A DNA stretch of 62,397 nucleotides from Deltaproteobacteria bacterium. GTDB lineage: Bacteria > Desulfobacterota > Syntrophia > Syntrophales > UBA2210. Location of the stretch: positions 1-62,397 of the forward strand of contig JAFGBH010000047.1 of NCBI GenBank assembly GCA_016933215.1. Direction: 5' to 3'. The position numbers and the translations under genes are program-made. Positions 1-9,645 of this stretch are shown one piece after another. Every line of letters starts with the position of its first letter. The stretch's first letter is position 1. The notes under the pieces were generated by a model. The model saw nothing but the letters and a program-made list of their open reading frames with translations, did not search any database and was not told the origin of the DNA.

Positions 1-43
1 ATATCGGTTCAACAACCGTAACACCGATATCTATAAATTGTTG

Positions 44-499
44 TTAAAGAACTTCAGAAATAAACCGCTGTTCTAGTCTAGACCCATTAAAAATTCCTAT
101 GCCAATCTCTTCCTTATTAAAAATGAAAATATCAGGACTTTGAGCATGCAATTTTGCTTTTAATAACACTTCAACTTGGAAAAAAGCATAGATTGACGAT
201 AGGGTGATCGATAATTCAGAGATTGCCTTGTTGATTTCCTTAAACGCTTCGTTTTCTATAGATTTCTTTATTTGTTTTTTTTGGACAGACAGATTATCTT
301 CTCTGGATTTAGTTAGCTGTATTCCCAAAATTATAATTGCTAATAACCAACCGGTACATGTTAAAAATGCATATAGAATATCCTTTGTTGGCAAAGACCT
401 TAAAAGACTTACACCTATTAGTATCCCAATATATAAGTATAATACTACTCTGATTGAGATAAAATCTATTGAGTTATTTCTAAAAATGTCTCTAATCAT
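44..499 (-). CDS. hypothetical membrane protein (AT-rich accessory region)
   Basis: 151-aa ORF with two N-terminal hydrophobic segments; no recognisable family. Confidence 0.5.
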   Translation of the reverse strand: MIRDIFRNNSIDFISIRVVLYLYIGILIGVSLLRSLPTKDILYAFLTCTGWLLAIIILGIQLTKSREDNLSVQKKQIKKSIENEAFKEINKAISELSITLSSIYAFFQVEVLLKAKLHAQSPDIFIFNKEEIGIGIFNGSRLEQRFISEVL

Positions 500-533
500 A
501 CAGATCTTTGTAAGCCTTTGCTGAGATTGATAT

Positions 534-842
534 TTACGAAAATAAACCGCTAATCATTGAAATTATAAAAGCAATTAGAAGGCCTATTAACCATATGCCC
601 AGAGCTATTAGTGAAGCTTTGTAGGCTGTATCAACAAACAGCCATTTGAAAGATTCAAAGTCAATGTATGCAAACACAGCAAGAATAAGAATCCATATCC
701 ACCAAGGAACACTTTTAATGCTTTCGAATAACCCTTCTTTCCCAATTAACAATTCATTTTTACAATGAGGGCATTTAGTAAATAAGTAATCCTCCAAAAC
801 TTTATCTTTTCTCTTCTTGTATGTATCAATTAATAATTTCAT
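534..842 (-). CDS. hypothetical membrane protein with CPHC motif
   Basis: 102-aa ORF, CxxC followed by two hydrophobic helices. Confidence 0.55.
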   Translation of the reverse strand: MKLLIDTYKKRKDKVLEDYLFTKCPHCKNELLIGKEGLFESIKSVPWWIWILILAVFAYIDFESFKWLFVDTAYKASLIALGIWLIGLLIAFIISMISGLFS

Positions 843-878
843 AATAAGAAATGTTTTCTTGCATAATTAATTGAGAAT

Positions 879-1087
879 TCACTTTAAAGGGATTGTTTTT
901 GTATATTCTTTTGTCTTAACTATGACATCGACCTCCCCAGTAACTTGGTCACACCGAACAACTACTAATCCATCGGAAGACATTTTATCTGAGAAATATA
1001 ATATCTGTTAGCCGTAAAACGCCCGATAAAGAAGCCTATAATTAATGCCAATATCGTAATTAAGATAACGATTGTGCCTTTATTCAT
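879..1087 (-). pseudogene. small membrane-anchored protein, apparently frameshifted
   Basis: MNKGTIVILITILALIIGFFIGRFTANRYYISQIK stops at 965; a shifted frame at the ATAAAATG A-run (~985) continues MSSDGLVVVRCDQVTGEVDVIVKTKEYTKTIPLK to TGA near 879. Confidence 0.4.
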
Positions 1088-1367
1088 TTCGCTCCTCATC
1101 ATCTTTTGTTTTTTTAGAATAATTAAAAATATCTTTAAAAGTTTCATTTATTCCAGCAAATAAAATAAGCCAGCATATGAACGAGATTATTCCTGAAAAT
1201 AATCCACCATAGTCGTTCGTGAAAAATTCGAAAAAAGTACCGAATTTAGTTTCAATGATTTTAGATAGAATCCAATCGCCCGGATAAAAGTATAGTAAAT
1301 GCAGAAGTTCCCAAATGTCGCTTATTGTGAATATTCCATCTCCATTAATATCCATGGCAATGTCCAA
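1080..1367 (-). CDS. small membrane protein with N-terminal DxNxDG (EF-hand/dockerin-like) loop
   Basis: DINGDGIFTISD motif then hydrophobic segments; ATG at 1355 is an alternative start. Confidence 0.55.
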   Translation of the reverse strand: MDIAMDINGDGIFTISDIWELLHLLYFYPGDWILSKIIETKFGTFFEFFTNDYGGLFSGIISFICWLILFAGINETFKDIFNYSKKTKDDEERNE

Positions 1368-1444
1368 AACTCAATCGCTCAATTAATCTTTATTATTAAG
1401 TTTTTCTACTCGTATTATTTTTTCTAAAACCATAATGTATAATA

Positions 1445-1479
1445 AACAAAAACCCTGCCTCTTTTTGAGAAACAGGGTT
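1445..1479 (-). terminator. intrinsic terminator-like hairpin
   Basis: AACCCTG (1451-1457)/CAGGGTT (1473-1479) stem followed by TTTGTT on the minus strand. Confidence 0.45.
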
Positions 1480-1569
1480 GCTACAGTCCGACCATAATTC
1501 CCTCTCTATGAAAACTTAGGTCAATTGTTAAAGCTAAAACAGAACAAATTTTTAATAAAACCGAAGAGA

Positions 1570-1598
1570 AGAATATAGCCAATGAAAATATTAGTCAA
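1570..1598 (-). promoter_or_regulatory. sigma70-like promoter
   Basis: TTGACT-17 nt-TATTCT on the minus strand. Confidence 0.4.
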
Positions 1599-1836
1599 GG
1601 ACTTTAAGGAATTATGAAAAAATATCGTTACTGGGCCTTGGTTTATTTGCAAATTGTATTCAAGGTTTTTAGTGGTAATGATGAATTTTTACATTCATTC
1701 GCTTGCGAAGATTTGCAGGCGTAATATTTGATTCTATGTGCTCCTGATTTTTCCATCGGAAGATTCCCACATTACCGTCCCGGTTGCCGCCGTAAATAAT
1801 ATAGAAAACATAAACTTAGCCTATATACTCACTTCT

Positions 1837-1852
1837 TGTGATCCTTTTCACT
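1837..1852. promoter_or_regulatory. CRP/FNR-family-like box
   Basis: TGTGA-tccttt-TCACT, 9/10 match to TGTGA-N6-TCACA. Confidence 0.35.
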
Positions 1853-2000
1853 ATGAAAGTGTGATGCTCAACATTTGTTTTATATCGATGATCTGGTAAA
1901 AAATTTGTCAACAGAGCGAAAAAGGAATTTACTTTTGGGCACACAATCAATCGGAAGTAAAAGACGACGAAGAAACCACGTTCTCAATTTCATACAGTAA

Positions 2001-2090
2001 CCTGAAAAGGGCAAACCATTCGAAAGGATGGGACGCAAAGCCGCTGGCCTAAGTTCCGGATGACCGGAATAGGGTAGCAGGGTTGCCAGG
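2001..2090 (+). ncRNA. c-di-GMP-I (GEMM-I) riboswitch
   Basis: cctg-aaaaGGGCAAACCATTC-GAAA-GGATGGGACGCAAAGCC...CCTAAG...GGTAGCAGGGTTGCC-agg; P1/P2/P3, GAAA tetraloop with receptor; G20, A47 and C92 equivalents present. Confidence 0.93.
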
Positions 2091-2156
2091 CGAAATCAGC
2101 ATTTTCCGGTGTTGACCTTCGCTGGGCGAACAATGTTTCACCGAGGAGGTGTTGAT

Positions 2157-2816
2157 ATGAAATTCTCCTACCTGTTGGAGAGGTACTTTCCGGGCGGTAA
2201 CCTCAATCTATTCATGGTAAGTGTTGCCATTATCGCAATTTTCTGCATGCTTTCACTTGTCACCATTGAGACCAGTCATGCGGCGGGATTGACGGCAACA
2301 GCCAAACATTTTACCGGAGTCGGTACCAAAATATCTGAAATGGGCGGCTCATTCGCCACACATGGCAAGGTCGGATTAAGCGCCTCCTCGCTTCTTTTCA
2401 GACGACCGAGCGTGAAGGCATACCGGTATCACCATGAACGGTTTAAAATGCTTAAAATGACAATGGGATGGATCCTTGCGCCTGTGTATTACATTTTCAA
2501 ATATCCTAAGGCCTCCTTATGCTTCTTTTTCTTGATTACTCTGTTTCTTGCTGTGCTTGATGAATTCCTGTATCGATACAGGAGATATCCGGGTTTCGCT
2601 GAAGAACCAAGGGGTGCTATCGCTGCCTCTTATGATGGAGGCGTTAGTTACGCCCTTGCTGCGAATCAATATTTCTTCAAACCTCCCGTGCCTGAAGAGA
2701 TAATCAATGAAAGATATGGTAATAGCGAAGAGTCTGACTATTCGCTCCTTGCGAACAGTCTCATCGCACAGGAACCTATTATATACGACGATAAGATAGC
2801 ATTGCCGTACCCTTAG
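2157..2816 (+). CDS. hypothetical membrane protein downstream of c-di-GMP riboswitch
   Basis: GAGGAGG RBS before ATG 2157; several hydrophobic segments; no recognisable family. Confidence 0.6.
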   Translation: MKFSYLLERYFPGGNLNLFMVSVAIIAIFCMLSLVTIETSHAAGLTATAKHFTGVGTKISEMGGSFATHGKVGLSASSLLFRRPSVKAYRYHHERFKMLKMTMGWILAPVYYIFKYPKASLCFFFLITLFLAVLDEFLYRYRRYPGFAEEPRGAIAASYDGGVSYALAANQYFFKPPVPEEIINERYGNSEESDYSLLANSLIAQEPIIYDDKIALPYP

Positions 2817-2852
2817 TTGTTAAAGCGGGATCCGGCATGGTGTCCTCTTGAT

Positions 2853-2911
2853 CGAGGGGCGGGTACATTTTATATCGGGATTTTTCTGGACCAGCGCGAA
2901 CCCGCCCCTCG
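2853..2911. repeat. REP-like inverted repeat between convergent genes
   Basis: CGAGGGGCGGGT (2853-2864)...ACCCGCCCCTCG (2900-2911), perfect 12-bp inverted repeat. Confidence 0.55.
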
Positions 2912-2970
2912 GCCATCTTCTCCGAAAATCCTCTCGTAACTCATAATGTTACTCGTTACGATTTTGCACT

Positions 2971-3417
2971 TCAGGATTCAAGGCCTGTTGCCTGACGGAT
3001 AGCCAGAACCAGTTTGTCCGGCTCGTCGGTTCCGATGCGAAAATGTTTGCCCGATCTGAAGGTAAGCTCGACGGCATCGAGACCGGAGATGTTGAAGAGC
3101 CAGCCGTGGGGGGTGTATCTGATGCCCCAGCCGTAATACCACCGATTCCTCACGGCTTTTACTTCCGTAATCTCGGTGAGGTCGAATATTTTTCGGATCA
3201 GACCGGAGCCGAACCAGCACCTGATTCGGCCGTCACCCACCTCGACAGTGAGTGAGAAAAATAGAGCGGCAATAATAACAAGAATTCCGAGAACAATGGC
3301 AGATGCCCACCTCCAGCCCTGAAAACTGGAGATAACAACCATGATGAATATTGTCGTGGCAAGGAGGGCGAGAAGCCATGTCCCCCTCTGCGTGTGTCTG
3401 TAGCCCCCGTCTGTCAT
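2971..3417 (-). CDS. small membrane protein (two TM segments plus PH-like C-terminus)
   Basis: GWGIR...WLFNISG...FRIGTDEP motifs; overlaps the RND permease stop (ATGA). Confidence 0.75.
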   Translation of the reverse strand: MTDGGYRHTQRGTWLLALLATTIFIMVVISSFQGWRWASAIVLGILVIIAALFFSLTVEVGDGRIRCWFGSGLIRKIFDLTEITEVKAVRNRWYYGWGIRYTPHGWLFNISGLDAVELTFRSGKHFRIGTDEPDKLVLAIRQATGLES

Positions 3418-6400
3418 GACTGCCTCTCTTTTCCTTTTACAAGGCGCTTCAGATCACCCGCGGTTTCAAGAATAAGATCCTTAATGTCCGTTTCTATTAT
3501 GTAAAATGCCGGAACGAGAAGGAGCGTGATTAACGTGCCGAACATGACGCCGAATCCCAGGCTGATTGCCATTGGAATAAGGATGCGGGCCTGGAGAGAT
3601 GTCTCGAAAATCATTGGTGCAAGCCCAAGGAAGGTGGTAACGGAGGTGAGAATAATGGGCCTGAAGCGCCGTACCCCTGCCTTCTGCACCGCCTCGATGA
3701 GGCTCATACCGCCATCGACCAGCCTGTTGGCGGTATGAACGAGAACGATAGAATCGTTGATTACCACGCCGGAAAGGGCGACCAGTCCGAACATGCTGAT
3801 AAGGCTCAGCTTGTATCCCATAATGAGATGTCCCGCGAGGGCGCCCACAAACCCGAAGGGTATGGCGAATAGTACGACAAGTGACTGGACATAGCTCTTG
3901 AAGGGAATGGCCACAAGACAGTACATGACCAAGAGCGCCACGATGAATCCTGAAAAGAGACTACCAAGCGATTCGCTCGCGTCTTTTCTCTCACCCTCTG
4001 CAGTATAGGAAAGCCCCGGGTACTTTTCAACAAGCCTGGGAAGTTCGTTTATTTCCAGGGCCTCGGTCACCTTCTCGGCGCTCGTTTTGTCGAGTGCCAC
4101 GTCGGAGGCGACATAAATGGTCCTCCGTCCGTTTGTCCTTGTGATCGAGGTGTAGGACGTGCCGTACTCCACGGAGGCGGCCTGTTCGAGGGGAATTTCA
4201 CCCCCCTCGGGTGTGAGAAGCTTGAATTTTTCTATTGTGTATTCCGATGCCCGTTCATTCTCGGGAAGCCGTACCATGATTTTTATGGTGTCCCTCCCCC
4301 GCTGCTGCCGCAAGGCCTCGGACCCGTAAAAAGCGCCCCGTACCTGACGGGCCAGGTCTGAGGCCGTCAGTCCCAGGCTTCTCCCCTCGGGGAGTATGGA
4401 GAAATTGAGCTGGGGTTTTCCCCTGGCGAAACCATCGTCGACGTCGAGGGTACCCTCGTAGGTCTTGAGCCGCTCGGCAAGCTCCGTTGCCGCTCTTTCG
4501 AGGATGGTCATGTCAAGGTGGCTGAGCTTGATCGATACGGGTTTTACCTGCGGTGGTCCCAGAACCCCGGCGGTGAATCGCAGCGATTCAAGCCCGGGAA
4601 TCTGCCCCACCTGGTCTCTCCAGAATTTTGAGAATTCAGATGCGCTTATATCCCTCTGATCGCTTGACACGAGATACACCACGGTCCTCACGGTATCGGA
4701 ACCGCTAATGGTGGTAAGAAGCCCGTTTAAAATCTTCTCTCCCCCCTTTTCTTCGATAACCTTCATTGCTGCTGTTTCCAGCAAGGCCCGTACCCTTTGG
4801 GTATCCTTGATCGATGAGTCGAAGGGCAGATTGGCCTCGCTGATGACCCAGTCGGCCTCGGCATGGGGCGTCATGACGACCTGTATCCTTCCGCCTGCCA
4901 CGAAACCGAAAGCCATGATAAGGAGGGCAATCCCTATGGCAAGACTTACCCAGCGGTTTCGTACTGCCCATCCCACCATGGGGCTGTAGGTTTTGTTGGC
5001 AAAGCTCACGATCCCCTCGGAGAACCAGGACTGGATCGCAGAGAGGCTTCCCCTGTCCTCCCTCTTACAGGTTGCGCCTTCCTTTACGCCGCCGAGATGG
5101 GCGGGCAGGATGAAGAGAGATTCGAAAAGGGAAAGACCGAAGACGATTATTACCACAATGGGGATGATACGGAACACCTTTCCCCAGTCACCCTGCACAA
5201 AGAGCATGGGGGCAAAGGCGACCATTGTGGTGAGTACCGAAAAGATGACCGGTACTGCCACTTCCCTGGCCCCTCTGATGGAGGCGGTGATGCAGTCCTC
5301 GCCCCGCTGCCGGTGTTCGAAGATATTTTCGCCAACGATAATGGCATCATCGACGACGATACCGAGGGTAACAATGTAGGCGAAAAGTGAGATCATGTTA
5401 ATGGAGACGTCGAAGAAGGGAAGAAATAAAAAAGAGCCGAGAAAGGAGATAGGAATTCCCATACTGACCCAGAAGGCCACAGTGGGTTGGAGAAAGAGGC
5501 CCAGAAATATGACCACCAGGACAAGGCCGATGAACCCGTTGCGGACGAGGAGGTTGATACGGTCCCGGAAAATATCCGAATTGTCCGTCCATATGGCCGT
5601 TGTGACCCCCGGGGGGAGCGAGGGTGTGACCAGCTTCTGATATTCTTTCACCGCGTCGGAGACTTCCATCGGTGTCTGCATACCCACCCGGAAAATCCTG
5701 AGCATGACGGCCCGTGCTCCGTTGAAGTAGGCAAATTGGTCCACATCCTCGAATTTTTCGCTGATGGTGGCAATGTTGCCGAGCTTGACCTCGGTCCCCT
5801 CTTTTCCGGTAACAATGGTGATGTCTTCGAACTCGGGGGCGTAGTCGCGCCGTTCGTAGGTGCGAAGGAGTACCTTTCCCGCATCGGTGGTGATTTCGCC
5901 ACCTGAGAGCTCCAGGACGGAACGCCTCACCACATCGGCGATCTGATCCAGGGTGAGGCCGTAATTGCGAAGATTTTCCTGCGGCACCTCTATACTGATC
6001 TCCAAGGGGCGTATCGATTCCAGTTCTGCCTGAGAAACCTCGTCGTATTCGAGAAGATCGTCACGAAACCGTTCGGCGAGATGTTTGAGGACGGCCTCTT
6101 CCACATTCCCATAGATAACGAGACGAAGCACATCATGGCGGGTAGAGGCGGTCTCTACGACGGGGTCTTCGGCATCGAGAGGGAAGGTGGCTATCCTGTC
6201 AACGGCATTCTGAATGTCGGAGGCGACTTCCTGTTTATCGGCGTCATAGAAAAGTTCGGCGGTGACAACTCCAAGACCTTCAGATGCCACGGATTTTATG
6301 TCTTTGATGCCGTCGATGCCGTCGATGGCCTCTTCAACGGCGAGGACGATTCCCTTTTCAACTTCCGTCGGCGAGGCGCCGGGATAGGGAACGGTAATAA

Positions 6401-6554
6401 TTACCTGGCCCACGTCAAATTCGGGGAAGACCTCCTTTTTTGTGTAGGTCAAAAGAAGGATGAGCCCACCGATGAGAAAGACGAGCATGAAAATATTTGC
6501 CGCCACGTGATTCTGGGCCATCCAGGCAATGGGTCCCTGTTGTTCTTCCTTCAT
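3414..6554 (-). CDS. RND efflux transporter permease (AcrB/AcrD/AcrF family)
   Basis: GIVVDDAIIVGENI and RFRPIILTSVTT motifs; likely start MKEEQQ at 6554 after a purine-rich RBS. Confidence 0.95.
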   Translation of the reverse strand: MKEEQQGPIAWMAQNHVAANIFMLVFLIGGLILLLTYTKKEVFPEFDVGQVIITVPYPGASPTEVEKGIVLAVEEAIDGIDGIKDIKSVASEGLGVVTAELFYDADKQEVASDIQNAVDRIATFPLDAEDPVVETASTRHDVLRLVIYGNVEEAVLKHLAERFRDDLLEYDEVSQAELESIRPLEISIEVPQENLRNYGLTLDQIADVVRRSVLELSGGEITTDAGKVLLRTYERRDYAPEFEDITIVTGKEGTEVKLGNIATISEKFEDVDQFAYFNGARAVMLRIFRVGMQTPMEVSDAVKEYQKLVTPSLPPGVTTAIWTDNSDIFRDRINLLVRNGFIGLVLVVIFLGLFLQPTVAFWVSMGIPISFLGSFLFLPFFDVSINMISLFAYIVTLGIVVDDAIIVGENIFEHRQRGEDCITASIRGAREVAVPVIFSVLTTMVAFAPMLFVQGDWGKVFRIIPIVVIIVFGLSLFESLFILPAHLGGVKEGATCKREDRGSLSAIQSWFSEGIVSFANKTYSPMVGWAVRNRWVSLAIGIALLIMAFGFVAGGRIQVVMTPHAEADWVISEANLPFDSSIKDTQRVRALLETAAMKVIEEKGGEKILNGLLTTISGSDTVRTVVYLVSSDQRDISASEFSKFWRDQVGQIPGLESLRFTAGVLGPPQVKPVSIKLSHLDMTILERAATELAERLKTYEGTLDVDDGFARGKPQLNFSILPEGRSLGLTASDLARQVRGAFYGSEALRQQRGRDTIKIMVRLPENERASEYTIEKFKLLTPEGGEIPLEQAASVEYGTSYTSITRTNGRRTIYVASDVALDKTSAEKVTEALEINELPRLVEKYPGLSYTAEGERKDASESLGSLFSGFIVALLVMYCLVAIPFKSYVQSLVVLFAIPFGFVGALAGHLIMGYKLSLISMFGLVALSGVVINDSIVLVHTANRLVDGGMSLIEAVQKAGVRRFRPIILTSVTTFLGLAPMIFETSLQARILIPMAISLGFGVMFGTLITLLLVPAFYIIETDIKDLILETAGDLKRLVKGKERQS

Positions 6555-6567
6555 TCCCCTTTCCTCA

Positions 6568-7788
6568 TTATCCTTTTTCTTCAGCTGCAGACGGGGTCTT
6601 ATCTTCCCTGCCCTCTTCATTGCCGTCGAAGATACGCAGTTTCATGCCCTCGACGGGGGCCGGGATTCTGCTTGTGATAATCCGCACGATTTCCTGAAAT
6701 CCGTTCTTTATAAATACGTCGTCCTCCCTGGTCCAGACAACCTCTACGTCCATGAATTGCAATCTGTCATCGGCGGTGAGGAGCCATACCCTGTTTCCTT
6801 CCCTCAGAGCGGCCCGGGGGATTGCACAGACGTTTTTCGCAAGTTGACCCTGAATTTCCACCTTCACATAGGAGCCGAGAAGGAGGGGGAAAACCGTTTC
6901 CTGCCCCTCTGACGTCAGACCGAGAGGATCTTTTACAGATACAATGATGCGGGCCATCCTCCCCTTCGGATCCACATCGCCGAGGAGTTGTCTCACCGTT
7001 CCCTCCCGCTTTACGGTGTAGTAGCCGTTTTTCTGAATAACAAAGGCAGGAGATCCTTCCGCGGAGTTGACGCCCGGTATGTTGATCCAGGCAAGATCAC
7101 TCAGGGGAATCGATGCCTGGACCCAAAACTCGTCGGTGCCCACCATGGTGGCAATCTTTGTCCCCGGTGAAATGTACTGTCCCACGTCGGTGAATTCTTC
7201 GAGAATGAGGGCGTTGAAGGGGGCCCGTATTTCCGTTCTTTCAAGATTGAGAAGGGCCTTCTCAAGGGAACTCTCGGCCGATTTGAGTGATGCCTGTGAA
7301 TCTTTCGCCTGGGGTATTCTCAGGGCGAGTTCCCTTCCCTCTTTGGTCGTTTCTATCTCTTCCTGAAGGAGATTCCATTCCCGTTCGGCTACTGCCTGGA
7401 GTCCCTTTTCTGTCTTTAAAGCCACCTGGGCTTTTGCCACAGCTGCTTTCTGCTGCTCCAGGCCGAGGAGGTAGTCGCGATTGTCGATACGGATCAATAG
7501 TTCGTTCTGTGCCACATGGGCGCCCGGTACCAGCGCTTCATTCTGCCATACCACCGTTCCCGAGACCTGAGGCTGTAAAACGATTTCACGAGCCGGAATC
7601 AGTGTGCCCATGGCACTAACGATGATCCGTTGATCTTTGAGACATGTTTCTATGATTTCCACCGGTGGGGTCACTACGGACACGGGTTTTCTCGCCGCCT
7701 TCGGTTTTGTATAGATGAGCGCCATGCTCACCGCCAAACCGGCACTGATTATCAGAATAACAATCAAAAATTTGTAAAATGATCTCAC
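6568..7788 (-). CDS. RND efflux periplasmic adaptor (MFP)
   Basis: N-terminal TM, PQVSG, LERTEIRAPF; GTG start overlapping the upstream stop. Confidence 0.93.
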   Translation of the reverse strand: MRSFYKFLIVILIISAGLAVSMALIYTKPKAARKPVSVVTPPVEIIETCLKDQRIIVSAMGTLIPAREIVLQPQVSGTVVWQNEALVPGAHVAQNELLIRIDNRDYLLGLEQQKAAVAKAQVALKTEKGLQAVAEREWNLLQEEIETTKEGRELALRIPQAKDSQASLKSAESSLEKALLNLERTEIRAPFNALILEEFTDVGQYISPGTKIATMVGTDEFWVQASIPLSDLAWINIPGVNSAEGSPAFVIQKNGYYTVKREGTVRQLLGDVDPKGRMARIIVSVKDPLGLTSEGQETVFPLLLGSYVKVEIQGQLAKNVCAIPRAALREGNRVWLLTADDRLQFMDVEVVWTREDDVFIKNGFQEIVRIITSRIPAPVEGMKLRIFDGNEEGREDKTPSAAEEKG

Positions 7789-9236
7789 TTGTTCTCTCCT
7801 GTGGTGTTTCGTTTGTCCGTATTTCTTTCCAGTCCTGATGTCCAGGTTCCCCCCAGGGCCCTGCATAGTTGTATGCGGTATGAAACAAGCTGTTTTTGTG
7901 CCGTGAGAAGATTACTTTCGGTTTCCTGGTGTGTCTGAAGTGCCGTGAGAACGGGGAGGTAATCTCCAAGACCGTTGATATAGCGCTGTCGGGCTTCAGT
8001 AAGGGTTTTTCTTGCAAGCTCCGTCTGGATGCCGAGCTTTTCAACATAGATTCGCTGATTTTCTTCCTGGATGAGGGCGTCTTCCACTTCCTTGAGAGCA
8101 GTAAGGAAGGTCTTCTCGTAGAGGGCAATTTGTTCCGCAAGGACGCTCGTTGTCCGTTTTACTTCTCTGTTTTTTCTGTGGCTGTCCCATACCGTTGCTG
8201 AGACACTTCCTGCGATATTCCAGATCCAGTTGTCGAAAAGCTCGGCAAGGGATCCGGCAGTGTAGCCTGTGCCTGCACTCAGCCGAAGCGCTGGAAACCG
8301 GTCGGCAATTGCAGCCCCGACTCGCTCATCGGCAGCGCTGACCCTCATCTGGGCTGCCCGAACATCGGGACGCCGCGTCAAAAGCTCGGCGGGCATGCCC
8401 GCTGCCGGCTGTGGCCAGAGTTCTGGCAGGAGCGATACTATGGGATCGATACCACTTTCGGGTGATTTTCCGAGAAGGATGTTGATCTGATGTTTCAGGA
8501 TCGTTATTTGCGATTCGATAAGCGGCATCCGGGCCCTGAGAGAGGCCACCTGCTGACGCTGCTGATAGACATCGAGACTTGAGGCAAGACCCCTGCCGAA
8601 TCGGAGCTCGACTAAATCGAGATAGGTTTCATTCGTTTTGAGTTGTGATTGCAGCAAAGTACGTTTTGAAATCTGTTCGATGAGAGAAACCCAGACCTCG
8701 GTAACCTGTGCCGCGATCGACATTGCCATCGACTCCAGATCCATCCGGGTAGCCTTCAAATCGTAATCAGCGGCCCTGTCGAGTGATGCAATGCGACCCC
8801 AGAGATCGATCTCGTAGCTGGCCCCCACTCCGAGGTTGTAATTTGTGGTGCGCTGGGGGATTGTTTCCTCTCCGGAGGGTGTCACCGGTATGTTGGTTCT
8901 GGTCCTCGATGCCCCTGCATCTGCGGCTATTTGCGGCCACCGGGCGGAAGAAGCCTGGTCGGCAACGGCCTGTGCCTGATCGAGGCGTGCCCAGGAGCGT
9001 TTCAGGTCGAGATTGTCTGAGAGGGCACGTGTTATCAATTCACTCAGTTGCCCATCATTAAACTCTTCCCACCAACGGTTGATAATGGGACCGCTCATCG
9101 TTCCTTCAGCGTAGGAATCGGGAATCCCTCCGTGAAAGGTGATGTCCTTTTTCGCTCGATAGAGGGAGCACGAAGAAAGCGAAGTCACCAGGAAAGCGAT
9201 AAGTATTATAATAGTTGCGAAGCGATGTCTCTGCAC
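7785..9236 (-). CDS. efflux outer membrane lipoprotein (NodT/OprM family)
   Basis: lipobox LSSC, YEIDLWG, RRPDVRAA, LCRALGG. Confidence 0.93.
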   Translation of the reverse strand: MQRHRFATIIILIAFLVTSLSSCSLYRAKKDITFHGGIPDSYAEGTMSGPIINRWWEEFNDGQLSELITRALSDNLDLKRSWARLDQAQAVADQASSARWPQIAADAGASRTRTNIPVTPSGEETIPQRTTNYNLGVGASYEIDLWGRIASLDRAADYDLKATRMDLESMAMSIAAQVTEVWVSLIEQISKRTLLQSQLKTNETYLDLVELRFGRGLASSLDVYQQRQQVASLRARMPLIESQITILKHQINILLGKSPESGIDPIVSLLPELWPQPAAGMPAELLTRRPDVRAAQMRVSAADERVGAAIADRFPALRLSAGTGYTAGSLAELFDNWIWNIAGSVSATVWDSHRKNREVKRTTSVLAEQIALYEKTFLTALKEVEDALIQEENQRIYVEKLGIQTELARKTLTEARQRYINGLGDYLPVLTALQTHQETESNLLTAQKQLVSYRIQLCRALGGTWTSGLERNTDKRNTTGENK

Positions 9237-9645
9237 GGTTTCTGTACAAATCCTTTCATCTGTCCACCAATTTACTATGACGTACCCGGGGATGATAAAG
9301 TTGACAAGGAATCGTCTCCACTGCCGCCCGTCCGCTTTGCTTCGACTTGCGAAATGGACGTCATATCGATCATATATTCATGAGCAATGTGAGTGATTAT
9401 GTCAAGGCTCTTTTTGCCGCCGCCTGTTTTTATTGCTCGGCCTTGGAAGGGATGTCAGAAAGAATCTCTTTTTCCCTTTTCCGTAAAGATGAGGGGGGAC
9501 CCTTCTTTGGAGAGAGGTAAGCCTGTAGAAGATTTCAAGTGTTGAAAGGGTGAGCTATTTCTTCAAATAGGAGTTGTCTTTTTGTCTCCTTTTGGGATAC
9601 TAACTATTAAGCATAACTGCTATTATCTCTTCATCAAGGATCGAC

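Noticed and set aside
44-1367. Integron cassette array
   Set aside because: No attC-like RYYYAAC...GTTRRRY palindromes recognisable between the ORFs; some ORFs overlap
9400-9645. yybP-ykoY manganese riboswitch upstream of mntP
   Set aside because: Only a weak AAAGGG.GAG resemblance; the rest of the conserved core is not recognisable
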